64,000 bases of DNA from Caulobacteraceae bacterium (GTDB lineage: Bacteria; Pseudomonadota; Alphaproteobacteria; Caulobacterales; Caulobacteraceae): NCBI GenBank assembly GCA_028290905.1, contig JAQGIW010000170.1, positions 17,091 through 81,090 of the forward strand, read 5' to 3'. Each line of letters starts with the position of its first letter. Within the stretch, counting starts at the first letter, position 1. Below the pieces are notes generated by a model that worked only from the letters and a program-made list of their open reading frames with translations, was not told where the DNA came from and searched no databases. This document shows, piece by piece, positions 27,592 through 36,361 of the stretch. A program made the translations under genes and the position numbers.

Positions 27592-28674
27592 ATGAATGAA
27601 GCCACTAGACCGCGCGAGGCAATCCTCGAACCCGAGCTGACGATCGTCGATCCGCACCATCACCTGTGGGACCGCCCGGCGGCCTTGATGGCCGCGCTGC
27701 CGCCGCCGAAGCACGGCTTTGAGCGCGTCATCCGCCGCGTGCCCCGCTACCTGTTGGACGAGCTGCTGGCCGACATGAAGAGCGGCCACAACGTCAAGGC
27801 CACGGTCTATGTCGAGTGCCACTCGATGTACCGGTCGACCGGGCCGGCCGAGTTCAAACCGGTCGGGGAAACCGAGTTCGCCAATGGCGTCGCCGCCATG
27901 TCCGCCAGCGGGACTTACGGTGACGTAAGGGCTTGCGCGGGCATCGTCGGCACGGCCGACCTGAGGCTGGGGGCTTGGGCGGCGGAAGTCCTGCAGGCGC
28001 ACATGGCCGCCAGCTCGCGCTTCCGCGGCATCCGGCAGAGCGCGCCCCATGATCCGGATCCGGACGTTCTGGGCCCGCTCGCCCTCTTCGAGAGCGGGCT
28101 CTATCGCCGGGATGATTTCCGCGAAGGTTTCGCTCGCCTCGCCCCGCTGGGCCTGTCCTTCGACGCCTTGCTCGCGGAGCCCCAACTGCCGGACCTCATC
28201 GATCTCGCCCGCGCCTTTCCGGACACCGCCATTGTTCTGAACCACGTGGGCATGCCGCTGGGCCTCGCCAGCTACGCCGGAAAGCGGGAGGAACGCTTTC
28301 CGATCTGGCGCGACAACATCCGCGCGCTCGCCAAGGCGCCGAAGGTGTTCGTCAAGCTCGGCGGCCTAGCCAACGTGTTCTCCGGCTTCCCGTCCTTCAT
28401 GGCCGATCCGCCGGCGCCATCGAGCCAGCTCGCTGCCGAGTGGAAACCCTATTTCGAGACCTGCATCGACGCTTTCGGGCCCCAGCGCTGCATGTTCGAG
28501 AGCAACTTTCCGGTGGATATCGGCAGCTGCGACTACGACGTCCTGTGGAACGCCTTCAAGCGGATCGCCGCCCGCTATTCCGCCGACGAGAAGACCTCTC
28601 TGTTCAGCGATGCTGCATGCAACTTCTATCGTCTGAACCCGGAGGATATTACATGTGTAATGCCTTATAATTAA
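27592..28674 (+). CDS. amidohydrolase-2 (PF04909-type) metal-dependent hydrolase
   Basis: IVDPHHHLWD motif, 360 aa. The last eight codons are encoded by an operator-like motif. Confidence 0.85.
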   Translation: MNEATRPREAILEPELTIVDPHHHLWDRPAALMAALPPPKHGFERVIRRVPRYLLDELLADMKSGHNVKATVYVECHSMYRSTGPAEFKPVGETEFANGVAAMSASGTYGDVRACAGIVGTADLRLGAWAAEVLQAHMAASSRFRGIRQSAPHDPDPDVLGPLALFESGLYRRDDFREGFARLAPLGLSFDALLAEPQLPDLIDLARAFPDTAIVLNHVGMPLGLASYAGKREERFPIWRDNIRALAKAPKVFVKLGGLANVFSGFPSFMADPPAPSSQLAAEWKPYFETCIDAFGPQRCMFESNFPVDIGSCDYDVLWNAFKRIAARYSADEKTSLFSDAACNFYRLNPEDITCVMPYN

Positions 28675-28777
28675 GAGGCGCGCAAAAATGCGAATCCGGA
28701 ATCCACCAGTGGAATCGGCCGAGGACGTTCGGCGTTACGGCGTCGTTCCATCTGCGCTAGCTGACGGAGGCCTCTTA

Positions 28778-29620
28778 GTGTTGATCATCGACTCGCAAAT
28801 CCATCTTTGGAAAAGCGGCGAACCGCCGGCGCGTCACCGTCAGGCGCCCTATCTCGCGGAGGACGCCATTGCGGACATGGATGCGGCAGGGGTGGACGCC
28901 GCGATCAACGCCGCGGGGGTCCTATTGGATGTGGACTGCAGCTATGCGATCGAGTCAGCCGCCCGCTTTCCCGACCGTTTCGCGACTATCGGCTGGCTCA
29001 ACCTGAACCTCCCGGAGGCGCCCGACCTGGTGCGGCGCTGGCGCTCGCAGCCGGGCATGATCGGTTTCAGGTTCCATTGCGTCGCCGAGGACGAGCGAAG
29101 CTGGCCGACGGATGGGACAATGGACTGGTTCCTGCCGCTGGCCGCGGAGTTGGGTCTACCGGTCGGGTTGGGCGGCCCCGTACTGGCTCACGTCGAACGC
29201 TGGGCCGCTCAGTATCCGAACCTCAAGATTGTCTTGGACCACTTCGGTATTGTCGGTCAGAACCTCACAACCCGCGAATTGATACAGCACGAGGATGTGC
29301 TCTCGTGGAGCCGCTTCTCCAATGTGTCCGTCAAACTGTCGGCCGGAATATACTATGCCGGTGAGGATGAATACCCGTTCAGGAGCCTGCACGACAGGAT
29401 CCACCGGCTCTACGACGCTTATGGTCCCGAGCGGCTGTTCTGGGGAACCGATATCACCCGCGTGGACAATTGCACCTGGCGCCAGGCCGTCACCATGTTT
29501 ACCGAGGAGCTGTCGTGGCTGTCGCAGAACGACAAGACCCTGATCATGGGCGAGGCGCTCTGCCGCTGGTTCAACTGGTGGCCGTCGACCGCGGAGCCCG
29601 CGTCAGCTCCGCCCCAATAG
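28778..29620 (+). CDS. amidohydrolase-2 family protein (paralog B)
   Basis: VLIIDSQIHLW start equivalent to the MLIIDSQIHLW start of 30543-31424. GTG lies 8 nt after GGAGG. Confidence 0.8.
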   Translation: MLIIDSQIHLWKSGEPPARHRQAPYLAEDAIADMDAAGVDAAINAAGVLLDVDCSYAIESAARFPDRFATIGWLNLNLPEAPDLVRRWRSQPGMIGFRFHCVAEDERSWPTDGTMDWFLPLAAELGLPVGLGGPVLAHVERWAAQYPNLKIVLDHFGIVGQNLTTRELIQHEDVLSWSRFSNVSVKLSAGIYYAGEDEYPFRSLHDRIHRLYDAYGPERLFWGTDITRVDNCTWRQAVTMFTEELSWLSQNDKTLIMGEALCRWFNWWPSTAEPASAPPQ

Positions 29621-29651
29621 AGCGTTCTCAGCCTCAGGACGCCTTCGCGCG

Positions 29652-30533
29652 TCAGGCGTTCACGTGCCGTGCGATGAAGGCCTTGGCCATCTCGTGCGCC
29701 CGATCGGTCTGCGGACCGGGGGTCGCGACCCACTCGTGCAGGCAGTCCTCGAAGATGGTGTAGTCGCACGAACCTCCCGCGGCCCTGTAGCTCTCGACGA
29801 AGCGGGTCTGCAAGGCTGGACGGACGTTCTCGTCGAGGGCCCCCTGCATGATCAGGAGGGGCGTCAGAGTGATGGCTTCACGCCGATCCAGGATCTCCTG
29901 CGGGTTGGCCTCGTGGATCGTTTCCCAAGGAACGAAGTAGGTCTCGTGGAACTTGGCCAACGCGGCCTGCTGCATCGCCTGGGCGTTCTGGTAGCGTTCG
30001 AACGTATTGCTGATCGGCGAGCGGGCGATGACGTAGTCGACCGTCGCATCGACAGCCGGATTCTCCTGCAATGGCAGGGCGTTGTAGCGAGGGTCGCGAG
30101 GCCGCATCGCCAGAAGCTCAGCCAGGTGACCGCCGGTGGAGCTGCCGAAGACCCCGATCCGGGATGCATCACCGTTCCACGCCCCCGCCTTCGCCTTCAG
30201 CCACCGCACGGCGTAGTTGGCGTCCTGTACGCTCGCCGGATAAGGGGCCTCGCGCGCAAGTGTCAGGTCCACAGCCACGACGAGGGCGCCGGCCGAGGCG
30301 AGGGCCCGGTCGAAGGGCTCTTCGGCGTGACGGTCCTTGAAGTTCCATGCCCCGCCATGCAGGTCGAGCACCACACGGAAAGGCCCCGTCCCCAAGGGCT
30401 GGTAGATGCGCGCCATCAGCGGTCGCCCTTGCGCCGTGCGGCGGTATTCGACCTCGCTCACTTCGATCTCGAACTTGGCGCCTGGGTCGTAGGTCGCCTC
30501 CGATGCTGTGTTCCGTGCCGCGTCCGAACCCAT
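29652..30533 (-). CDS. alpha/beta-hydrolase (esterase)
   Basis: LDLHGGAW oxyanion motif and GSSTGG nucleophile elbow, 293 aa. Confidence 0.85.
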   Translation of the reverse strand: MGSDAARNTASEATYDPGAKFEIEVSEVEYRRTAQGRPLMARIYQPLGTGPFRVVLDLHGGAWNFKDRHAEEPFDRALASAGALVVAVDLTLAREAPYPASVQDANYAVRWLKAKAGAWNGDASRIGVFGSSTGGHLAELLAMRPRDPRYNALPLQENPAVDATVDYVIARSPISNTFERYQNAQAMQQAALAKFHETYFVPWETIHEANPQEILDRREAITLTPLLIMQGALDENVRPALQTRFVESYRAAGGSCDYTIFEDCLHEWVATPGPQTDRAHEMAKAFIARHVNA

Positions 30534-30542
30534 GCGATCCTC

Positions 30543-31424
30543 CTAGCGACTACAGTGTGGCGAGTCAGAAATTCGCCATTGCCTGTGGCGGGCGGCTGAC
30601 ACGGTCTCTGCGGTCGACGGCCACCAGTTGAACCAGCGGCAGAGCGCCTCGCCCATGATCAGGGTCTTGTCGGTCTCCGACAGCCACGGCATCTCCTCGG
30701 TAAACATGGTGACGGCCTGGCGCCAGGTGCAATTGTCCAGGCGGGTGATGTCGGTTCCCCAGAACAGCCGCTCGGGACCATAAGCATCGTAGAGGCGGTG
30801 GATCCTGTCGTGCATGCCCTTGAAAGGGTATCCATCCTCACGCGCATAGTCTGGCGCCCCGCACAGCTTGACGGAGACATTGGGGAAGCGGCTCCATGAG
30901 AGCACATCCTCGTGCTGTATCAATCCGCGGGTTGGCGTCAGACCCATGATGCCGAAGTGGTCCACGGCAATCTTGAGGTTCGGATATTGAGCCGCCCAGC
31001 GCTCGAGGTGAGGCAGCACGAACGGGCCGCCGAGCACGACCGGTATATCCAACTCCGCGGCCAGCCGCAGGAACCAGTCCATGGCGCCGTCTGTCGGCCA
31101 ACTCCGCTCGTCCTCGAGGCCGCAGGGGGTCCTGAAACCGATCATGCCCGGCTGCGAGCGCCAGCGCTGCACCAGGTCCGGCGCCTCCGGGCGGTCCAGC
31201 TTGATCCAGCCCGTCGTTGCGAAACGCTCGGGAAAGCGGGCGGCGGACTCGATCGCATAGCGATTGGAGTCCATATCCCACTGCGGCGGGGCGTTGATCG
31301 CGGCGTCCACGCCCGCCGCGTCCATGTCCGCGAGCGCTTGCTCCGCCAAATAGGGTTTCCGCCCGTGGTGCGGCGGCGCCTGGTCGCCCTCCCAAAGATG
31401 GATCTGCGAGTCGATGATCAACAT
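30543..31424 (-). CDS. amidohydrolase-2 family protein (paralog B')
   Basis: About three quarters identical to 28778-29620 by eye. Even the out-of-frame ORFs of the two copies are similar, so conservation is at the nucleotide level. Confidence 0.85.
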   Translation of the reverse strand: MLIIDSQIHLWEGDQAPPHHGRKPYLAEQALADMDAAGVDAAINAPPQWDMDSNRYAIESAARFPERFATTGWIKLDRPEAPDLVQRWRSQPGMIGFRTPCGLEDERSWPTDGAMDWFLRLAAELDIPVVLGGPFVLPHLERWAAQYPNLKIAVDHFGIMGLTPTRGLIQHEDVLSWSRFPNVSVKLCGAPDYAREDGYPFKGMHDRIHRLYDAYGPERLFWGTDITRLDNCTWRQAVTMFTEEMPWLSETDKTLIMGEALCRWFNWWPSTAETVSAARHRQWRISDSPHCSR

Positions 31425-31437
31425 GAGAGGTCTCCGT

Positions 31438-33759
31438 CTAACGCAGGTGGTACGTCACCGTAGCGCCGAACGTCCTCGGCGGATTCCACTGCATCAGGGT
31501 GTAGTACGAGCCGGTGTAGCCGAATAATCCACCCGCGAGAGCGCCATAACCCTCTGTCGGGGTCCCGAAGCGCGTGTCAGTCAAGTTTCGCCCCCAAAGC
31601 CGCAAACCCCAACGTCCGTTAGCCGTCTGGAAATTAACTGACGCATTCACCAGGCCGTTTATGCCCGTCCGGTCATGAACCGCCGGCACGTCGTAAAAGA
31701 AGGGGCCGCTGAAACTCGCATTCCCGTTAGCGCTACTGCTCCAGACCTTGCTCCGGAATGTTATGTCGCCGCCGGCCGAGAGCGTCCCCCAATCGTAGCG
31801 CCATTGTCCTTCCGCCGACAAATTGAGCGCGTTCTTCGGCGTGAATGGTAGATAGTTTCCCGCAAAACCGGCGGCGTCCGTAGTAAGATACTTGTCGTCG
31901 GAATAGGAGTAGGTGGCCCCCAGGTGCAGCCACGGCGCCGGCACGGCATGAATTTCCAAATCCAGCCCTTGTGACCGGGTGCGGCCGGCATTGGTGGCGA
32001 ACGTCGTCGCTATCGAAGTCCCCGGTAGTAGGCCGTTAATCACAACCTGCAAGTTTGTGATGTCTTCACGATAGAGGTCTATGTTTGCTGTGAGCCGGTT
32101 GTCGAACCAACTGGTCTTCGCTCCGATCTCATAGTTGGTGGCGCGCTCCGTCTTAAAGGGAACCTGAAGGCCCGCTATGTCCGCGGCGAACGTCGCTGCA
32201 CCGGGACCCGTGCCCTCAAAACCGCCGCCGACATAACCTTGCGAGTAGGTTGCATAGAACAGGGTGTCTCTTGTCGGCGTAAATTCGAGCGTTGCTTTTG
32301 GCGTGAAGGCGCTCCAACTCCCATTCTGCGGCGCCACTAACACCGCGCCATCTACGCCGCCCTGTAAGCCGCCTTCTTCGACTACGCTTCCTGACTTGTG
32401 GTCGTAAGTGTATCGACCACCGAGGACGAGCTTTAGCCAATCCGTAAACTTGTAACCGATCTCGGCAAACCCCGACGCACTCTTAGCGTCAATCGTCGCT
32501 ATGTCATATTGTGGGCCTGAACCCAAGAAAGACAGCCCAAGGGACGGCGGGCTGTCAGGAAGGATTGTCGTTCTTTCCTCGTGAGACGTCGAAAGGTAGA
32601 CGCCTGCGAGCCACGTGAACTTTTGGTCATCGGGTGAGACCAGGCGCAACTCTTCCGTCACCTCCCAGTCATTCGCTATAAACAAGGAATCGAAGAAATT
32701 TACGGGATCGCCCAGCTCGCTTTTCTCCGAGGTGGACTTGTTGAGCCTGTATCCCGTGATCGAGGCGAGCGTCGCGAAATCCAGGTCCAAAGCCGCATGC
32801 ACAAAAGCATTGAAGTCTTTGTGGGAACTCCTGAAATTGACGTTTTGCAAAGTCCTGTCGGGATCGTTGGGGACGCCAAACGTCGGGTAGTTGAGCGCCG
32901 GGTAGAAAGGCGATGTGCTCGCCACGAAAGAGCCGTCGCCCAGGTACGTCATCGGCGGCGAATCGGAGTCGTCCTGGAGATAGTCGGCGCCGGCCAGCAC
33001 CTTGAATTTGTCGGTCACGTTCGCCAGCACCTGTCCGCGGACGCCGAAGGTCCTTTGGGCGCCGATAGTCCCGCCCAAGGTAGGATCGTACACGTAGCCG
33101 TCCTGACGGTGGTAGTAGCCGGTGAGTTTCGCCGCAACTCGATCACTGAGCGGACCGGTCACGAGGCCCTGGAACTCACCAAGACCGTAGCTTCCGCCGG
33201 TTGCCTCGAGTTCAAGGTCACGCGTGAAGCTCGGCGCCTTAGTGTGAATTGAAATGACGCCGCCAATGGTGTTCTTGCCGAATGCGGTGCCCTGAGGCCC
33301 TCTGAGGACTTCCACGCGATCGATATCAAACAGTTTCTCGTCACGATCCACGTGGCCGAACGTGGCCAGCTCATCGATGTAGACGCTCGACGGCTCGTCT
33401 ACACCTGGAGAATCGTCGATTCCCGTATAGGTGCCGCGCATGTTGATGCCGCTGAAGTCGGCCGGGCCAGGTATTGCGACGAGACCAGCTACGGCGTTTT
33501 GGAGATCGGTGTAAGTCTGCAGTCTTTGTTCCTTGATTGTCGCACCGCTGACGGCCGAAATGGAGGCCGCGACTTTCTGGATAGACTGGGCGCGCTTGTT
33601 CGCGGTGACCGTGATCATCTCAACGGTGGTCGGGGCCCGAGACTCCGTCACTGAATTGGCCGCTAGATCCGCTGCCCGAGCGCTGCTGGCGGCTAATACG
33701 ACAATAGGCGCCACGCTGATCAGCCCGAGAGCGCAACCGAGTGTTCTGTGTGCGGCCAT
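31438..33759 (-). CDS. TonB-dependent receptor
   Basis: Signal peptide MAAHRTLGCALGLISVAPIVVLAASSARA, plug motifs (VEVLRGPQGTAFGKNTIGGVISIHTK) and a C-terminal ...TYHLR. ATG 33759 follows GGGGAAACAGGGA. Confidence 0.9.
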   Translation of the reverse strand: MAAHRTLGCALGLISVAPIVVLAASSARAADLAANSVTESRAPTTVEMITVTANKRAQSIQKVAASISAVSGATIKEQRLQTYTDLQNAVAGLVAIPGPADFSGINMRGTYTGIDDSPGVDEPSSVYIDELATFGHVDRDEKLFDIDRVEVLRGPQGTAFGKNTIGGVISIHTKAPSFTRDLELEATGGSYGLGEFQGLVTGPLSDRVAAKLTGYYHRQDGYVYDPTLGGTIGAQRTFGVRGQVLANVTDKFKVLAGADYLQDDSDSPPMTYLGDGSFVASTSPFYPALNYPTFGVPNDPDRTLQNVNFRSSHKDFNAFVHAALDLDFATLASITGYRLNKSTSEKSELGDPVNFFDSLFIANDWEVTEELRLVSPDDQKFTWLAGVYLSTSHEERTTILPDSPPSLGLSFLGSGPQYDIATIDAKSASGFAEIGYKFTDWLKLVLGGRYTYDHKSGSVVEEGGLQGGVDGAVLVAPQNGSWSAFTPKATLEFTPTRDTLFYATYSQGYVGGGFEGTGPGAATFAADIAGLQVPFKTERATNYEIGAKTSWFDNRLTANIDLYREDITNLQVVINGLLPGTSIATTFATNAGRTRSQGLDLEIHAVPAPWLHLGATYSYSDDKYLTTDAAGFAGNYLPFTPKNALNLSAEGQWRYDWGTLSAGGDITFRSKVWSSSANGNASFSGPFFYDVPAVHDRTGINGLVNASVNFQTANGRWGLRLWGRNLTDTRFGTPTEGYGALAGGLFGYTGSYYTLMQWNPPRTFGATVTYHLR

Positions 33760-33962
33760 TCCCTGTTTCCCCAAATCTTCTTTCTTGTTTCTCATGTGTT
33801 TCCGCCAAGGACGTGCAGTTCAGTCCATCGCGTCCCCAAGGGATGGCCGCGCGAATGGCGGCAGGCGCGTGCTGGGGCGCGGTCTGCGCGCTCGGCGTTC
33901 AGTGATCGACGCGCACCGGCCACCCGTCGCATGACGCGGAATCCTCTTCGTTCGCTCCCTGG

Positions 33963-34032
33963 TTTTCGACGGCCAATACCGTCGTTTATATTGCGTTATA
34001 CACATATTAATCCGTGTAATTGTCCTGTCAAT
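33963..34032 (-). promoter_or_regulatory. promoter/operator/5'-hairpin cassette, full copy, faces TonB receptor
   Basis: On the minus strand: TTGACA (34031-34026), 16 nt, TAATAT, GTGTATAACGCAATATAA, hairpin CGACGGT/GCCGTCG (33985-33968), then GAAAAC. Confidence 0.55.
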
Positions 34033-34073
34033 ATGATTGTTCCGCCGCCGTGGTACCCTTGAGCTTCCTGCCT

Positions 34074-34637
34074 TCAGCCGCCTTCCCGGCTCGAGCGCAG
34101 GGCGGGGATCATGCGGGCGAGGACGCGGTCCTTGACCACGAAGTGGTGGTAGACGCCGGACAGGGCGTGACCAGTCGCGAGGATAATGATGACCCATCCG
34201 ACCAGGCTGTGGATCACGCCGATGGAGTCGTTGGTTGCGCGCGAGACGTGCGGGACCCCCACCGGCGGAATGGGCAGGCCGAAGAAGATCATCGCCTCGC
34301 CCCCCGACCAGCGCAGCACGAAGCCGAGCACGAACTCGAAGAGGATGAAGGCGTAGAGCAGGTAGTGCACGGCCTTGGAGGCGCCCGAATGGGCCGGCGG
34401 CAGCCGGTGGCCGGGGATGAGGCGCCAGACGATGCGTGCGATCACGGCTAGGCCCAGCAGGATGCCGAACCCCATGTGCAGCATGATCATTTCGCGGCGC
34501 ATCGGCGCGGCGAAGAGGCCCCAGGTCTTGGAGAAGCCGAACTGGATCAGCACCAGGGCGACGGTGATCCAGTGCAGGGTCACGGAGACGCCGTCGTAGG
34601 TGGCGGGGCCGACGGCGGATTTGTGGGCGGCGCTCAT
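34074..34637 (-). CDS. cytochrome b561 family protein
   Basis: 187 aa, four hydrophobic helices with conserved His residues (TLHWI..., MLHMGFG, ...HSLVGW). Confidence 0.8.
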   Translation of the reverse strand: MSAAHKSAVGPATYDGVSVTLHWITVALVLIQFGFSKTWGLFAAPMRREMIMLHMGFGILLGLAVIARIVWRLIPGHRLPPAHSGASKAVHYLLYAFILFEFVLGFVLRWSGGEAMIFFGLPIPPVGVPHVSRATNDSIGVIHSLVGWVIIILATGHALSGVYHHFVVKDRVLARMIPALRSSREGG

Positions 34638-34644
34638 GGCGGCT

Positions 34645-34758
34645 CTATCGGTTGCGATTGCGTCTGACCGCGATCTGGCGCCGGCTGGCCAAGGAGGCCG
34701 CCGGCGCCACGCTGATCAGCAGCGCGAACGCGCGACCGAGTGTTCTGTGTGCGGCCAT
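34645..34758 (-). pseudogene. 37-codon stub: TonB-receptor signal-peptide start fused to unrelated sequence
   Basis: MAAHRTLGRAFALLISVAP... copies the first ~19 codons of 31438-33759. It then diverges and stops 8 nt before the cytochrome b561 start. Confidence 0.6.
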
Positions 34759-34887
34759 TCGGTGTTTCCCCTAACCCTCCGGTTTTATGTATTTCTGCCC
34801 GAGGACCGCTCCGAAAGCGCCTTGAGCCCGGCCCTTGGGCTATCGACGCGCACTGGCCACGCTGCGTGATGCGGAACCCCATTTGTT

Positions 34888-34959
34888 TTCAACGGCAGAC
34901 CAATGCCGTCGCTCATTTATACGGCATAATACACGTAATAGTGTATTTGTCCTGTCAAT
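34888..34959 (-). promoter_or_regulatory. promoter/operator/5'-hairpin cassette, degenerate copy (12-nt spacer)
   Basis: On the minus strand: TTGACA (34958-34953), 12 nt, TATTAC, GTGTATTATGCCGTATAA, hairpin CGACGGCA/TGCCGTTG (34911-34890), then GAAAAC. Confidence 0.5.
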
Positions 34960-35234
34960 ATCTTTGTGGCGCCGCCGCGGGCTTGGGGCTGGGAGCCCTT
35001 GAAAGCCCCGCAGCATCAGCGAAGGACGGTGGGCTGTGACTTCCTGTGGGTGTGGGACACTTTGGGCTCAATGCGGCCTACCGGAGGTCGTGTCCCGGGC
35101 GGTGGTGTAGCTCGGGGCGAGTAGCGGAGCCGCTCGCGAGGCGTGACCGCTGTGACGTCGGTAGTGCCAGTCGACCTGTGGGGTTTCGGCGGTGCATCCG
35201 AGGAACGGATACCATTCGCCGGGCTTCGCCGCTT

Positions 35235-36083
35235 TCAGTAGCTCGGTTTCTGCACCGAGGGCGTCAGCTGGAGCTCGTGGGTCCAGCAGGAGGGGTGTTG
35301 GCTGTGGAGGTAGTGGAAGGCGTCGGCGATCCGGGCCGGATCGATCAGCGATTCCGGCTTGATCCGGGGGAGCGCCCGGGTGCCGGGGGAGTCGATCGTG
35401 CCGTCGATGACGACGTTGGCGACGTGGACGCCGTGCTCTGAATATTCTTCGGTGAGCGCCTGGGCGAGGGCGCGCATCATCACCCGCGGATAGTAGAGGG
35501 ACCCGCCGGTGTAGCGCTTGCGGCCCCGGAGGGACTGAGCGTTGTTGGAGAACAGGAGCGAGCCGCGCCTGGCGCGGCGCATGGCCGGCAGCACCTCCTT
35601 GGCGACCAGGAAGGGGCCGCGGCAGGCGACGTTCAGCGCGGTCTCGAACATCTCGGTTGGAAAGAACTCCAGCAACTCATGCTCGGGCGGCAGCGCCCGG
35701 CCCTCCAGGTAGCCGGCGTTGTAGACGACGACCGCCGGGTCGCCGGCCTCGCGCCGGATCTCGTCGAAGGCTGCGGTGATCGAGGCCTGGGAGGCGAGGT
35801 CCAGCTCGACGATCATGGCCTCGCCGCCCTGGTCGGCGATGGCCTGGGCCAGGCCCTCTGCGTGGGCGGCGCCGCGCGTGGTCAGGACGACGAAGAAGCC
35901 CTCGCGCGCGAACTTCTGGGCGATCGCGCCGCCGACGCCCCAGCGGGCGCTCAGGGGCGTGGACGTCTCGTCGAGCGGGGCGCCGTGGGCCAGCAGGGTG
36001 TTTGGCCCGTCGGGCTGCCATTTCGAGGTTGCCCCGATGACGACGGCGACGTCCTTGCCGCGGCTGTTGCGCATCTGGTCCAT
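35235..36083 (-). CDS. short-chain dehydrogenase/reductase (SDR)
   Basis: VAVVIGATSKW ... NAGY. ATG 36083 follows AGAGGAG. The ORF part upstream of this ATG has no coding look. Confidence 0.8.
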   Translation of the reverse strand: MDQMRNSRGKDVAVVIGATSKWQPDGPNTLLAHGAPLDETSTPLSARWGVGGAIAQKFAREGFFVVLTTRGAAHAEGLAQAIADQGGEAMIVELDLASQASITAAFDEIRREAGDPAVVVYNAGYLEGRALPPEHELLEFFPTEMFETALNVACRGPFLVAKEVLPAMRRARRGSLLFSNNAQSLRGRKRYTGGSLYYPRVMMRALAQALTEEYSEHGVHVANVVIDGTIDSPGTRALPRIKPESLIDPARIADAFHYLHSQHPSCWTHELQLTPSVQKPSY

Positions 36084-36096
36084 CGTGACGGCTCCT

Positions 36097-36261
36097 CTAT
36101 CGCCCGGGGCCAGCGGGGCGGCCGCCCAGGGCGACGGCGCCGACCAGGGGCTCGGGCAGGCCGAAGCTGGCCGTCTCGGAGGCCCGGATGATGTCGCAGG
36201 CGAGCGCGATCTCGAAGCCGCCGCCGAGCGCCAGGCCATTGACCGCGGCGTGTGCGGCCAT
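36097..36261 (-). pseudogene. chimeric stub: TonB-receptor start codons (MAAH) fused to an internal enoyl-CoA hydratase fragment
   Basis: Translates to [41 protein letters not shown]..., the crotonase oxyanion-hole region. 54 codons, with the stop 13 nt before the SDR start. Confidence 0.65.
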
Positions 36262-36361
36262 TCTGTGTTTCCCCTAACCTTCCGTTCTTATGTGTTTCTG
36301 ACCAAGCTCCGTTCCAAAGGCTCCTTGAGCCCGCCCCTTGGACGATCGACGCGCAGTGGAC

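Noticed and set aside
33760-33967. Cobalamin or TPP riboswitch in the TonB-receptor leader.
   Set aside because: I could not find the B12-box/GCCACTG core in the proper context, or the TPP CTGAGA/ACCTGA core. Only a loose GGCCAGTG resemblance is present in one copy. It is kept only as an unclassified-leader hypothesis.
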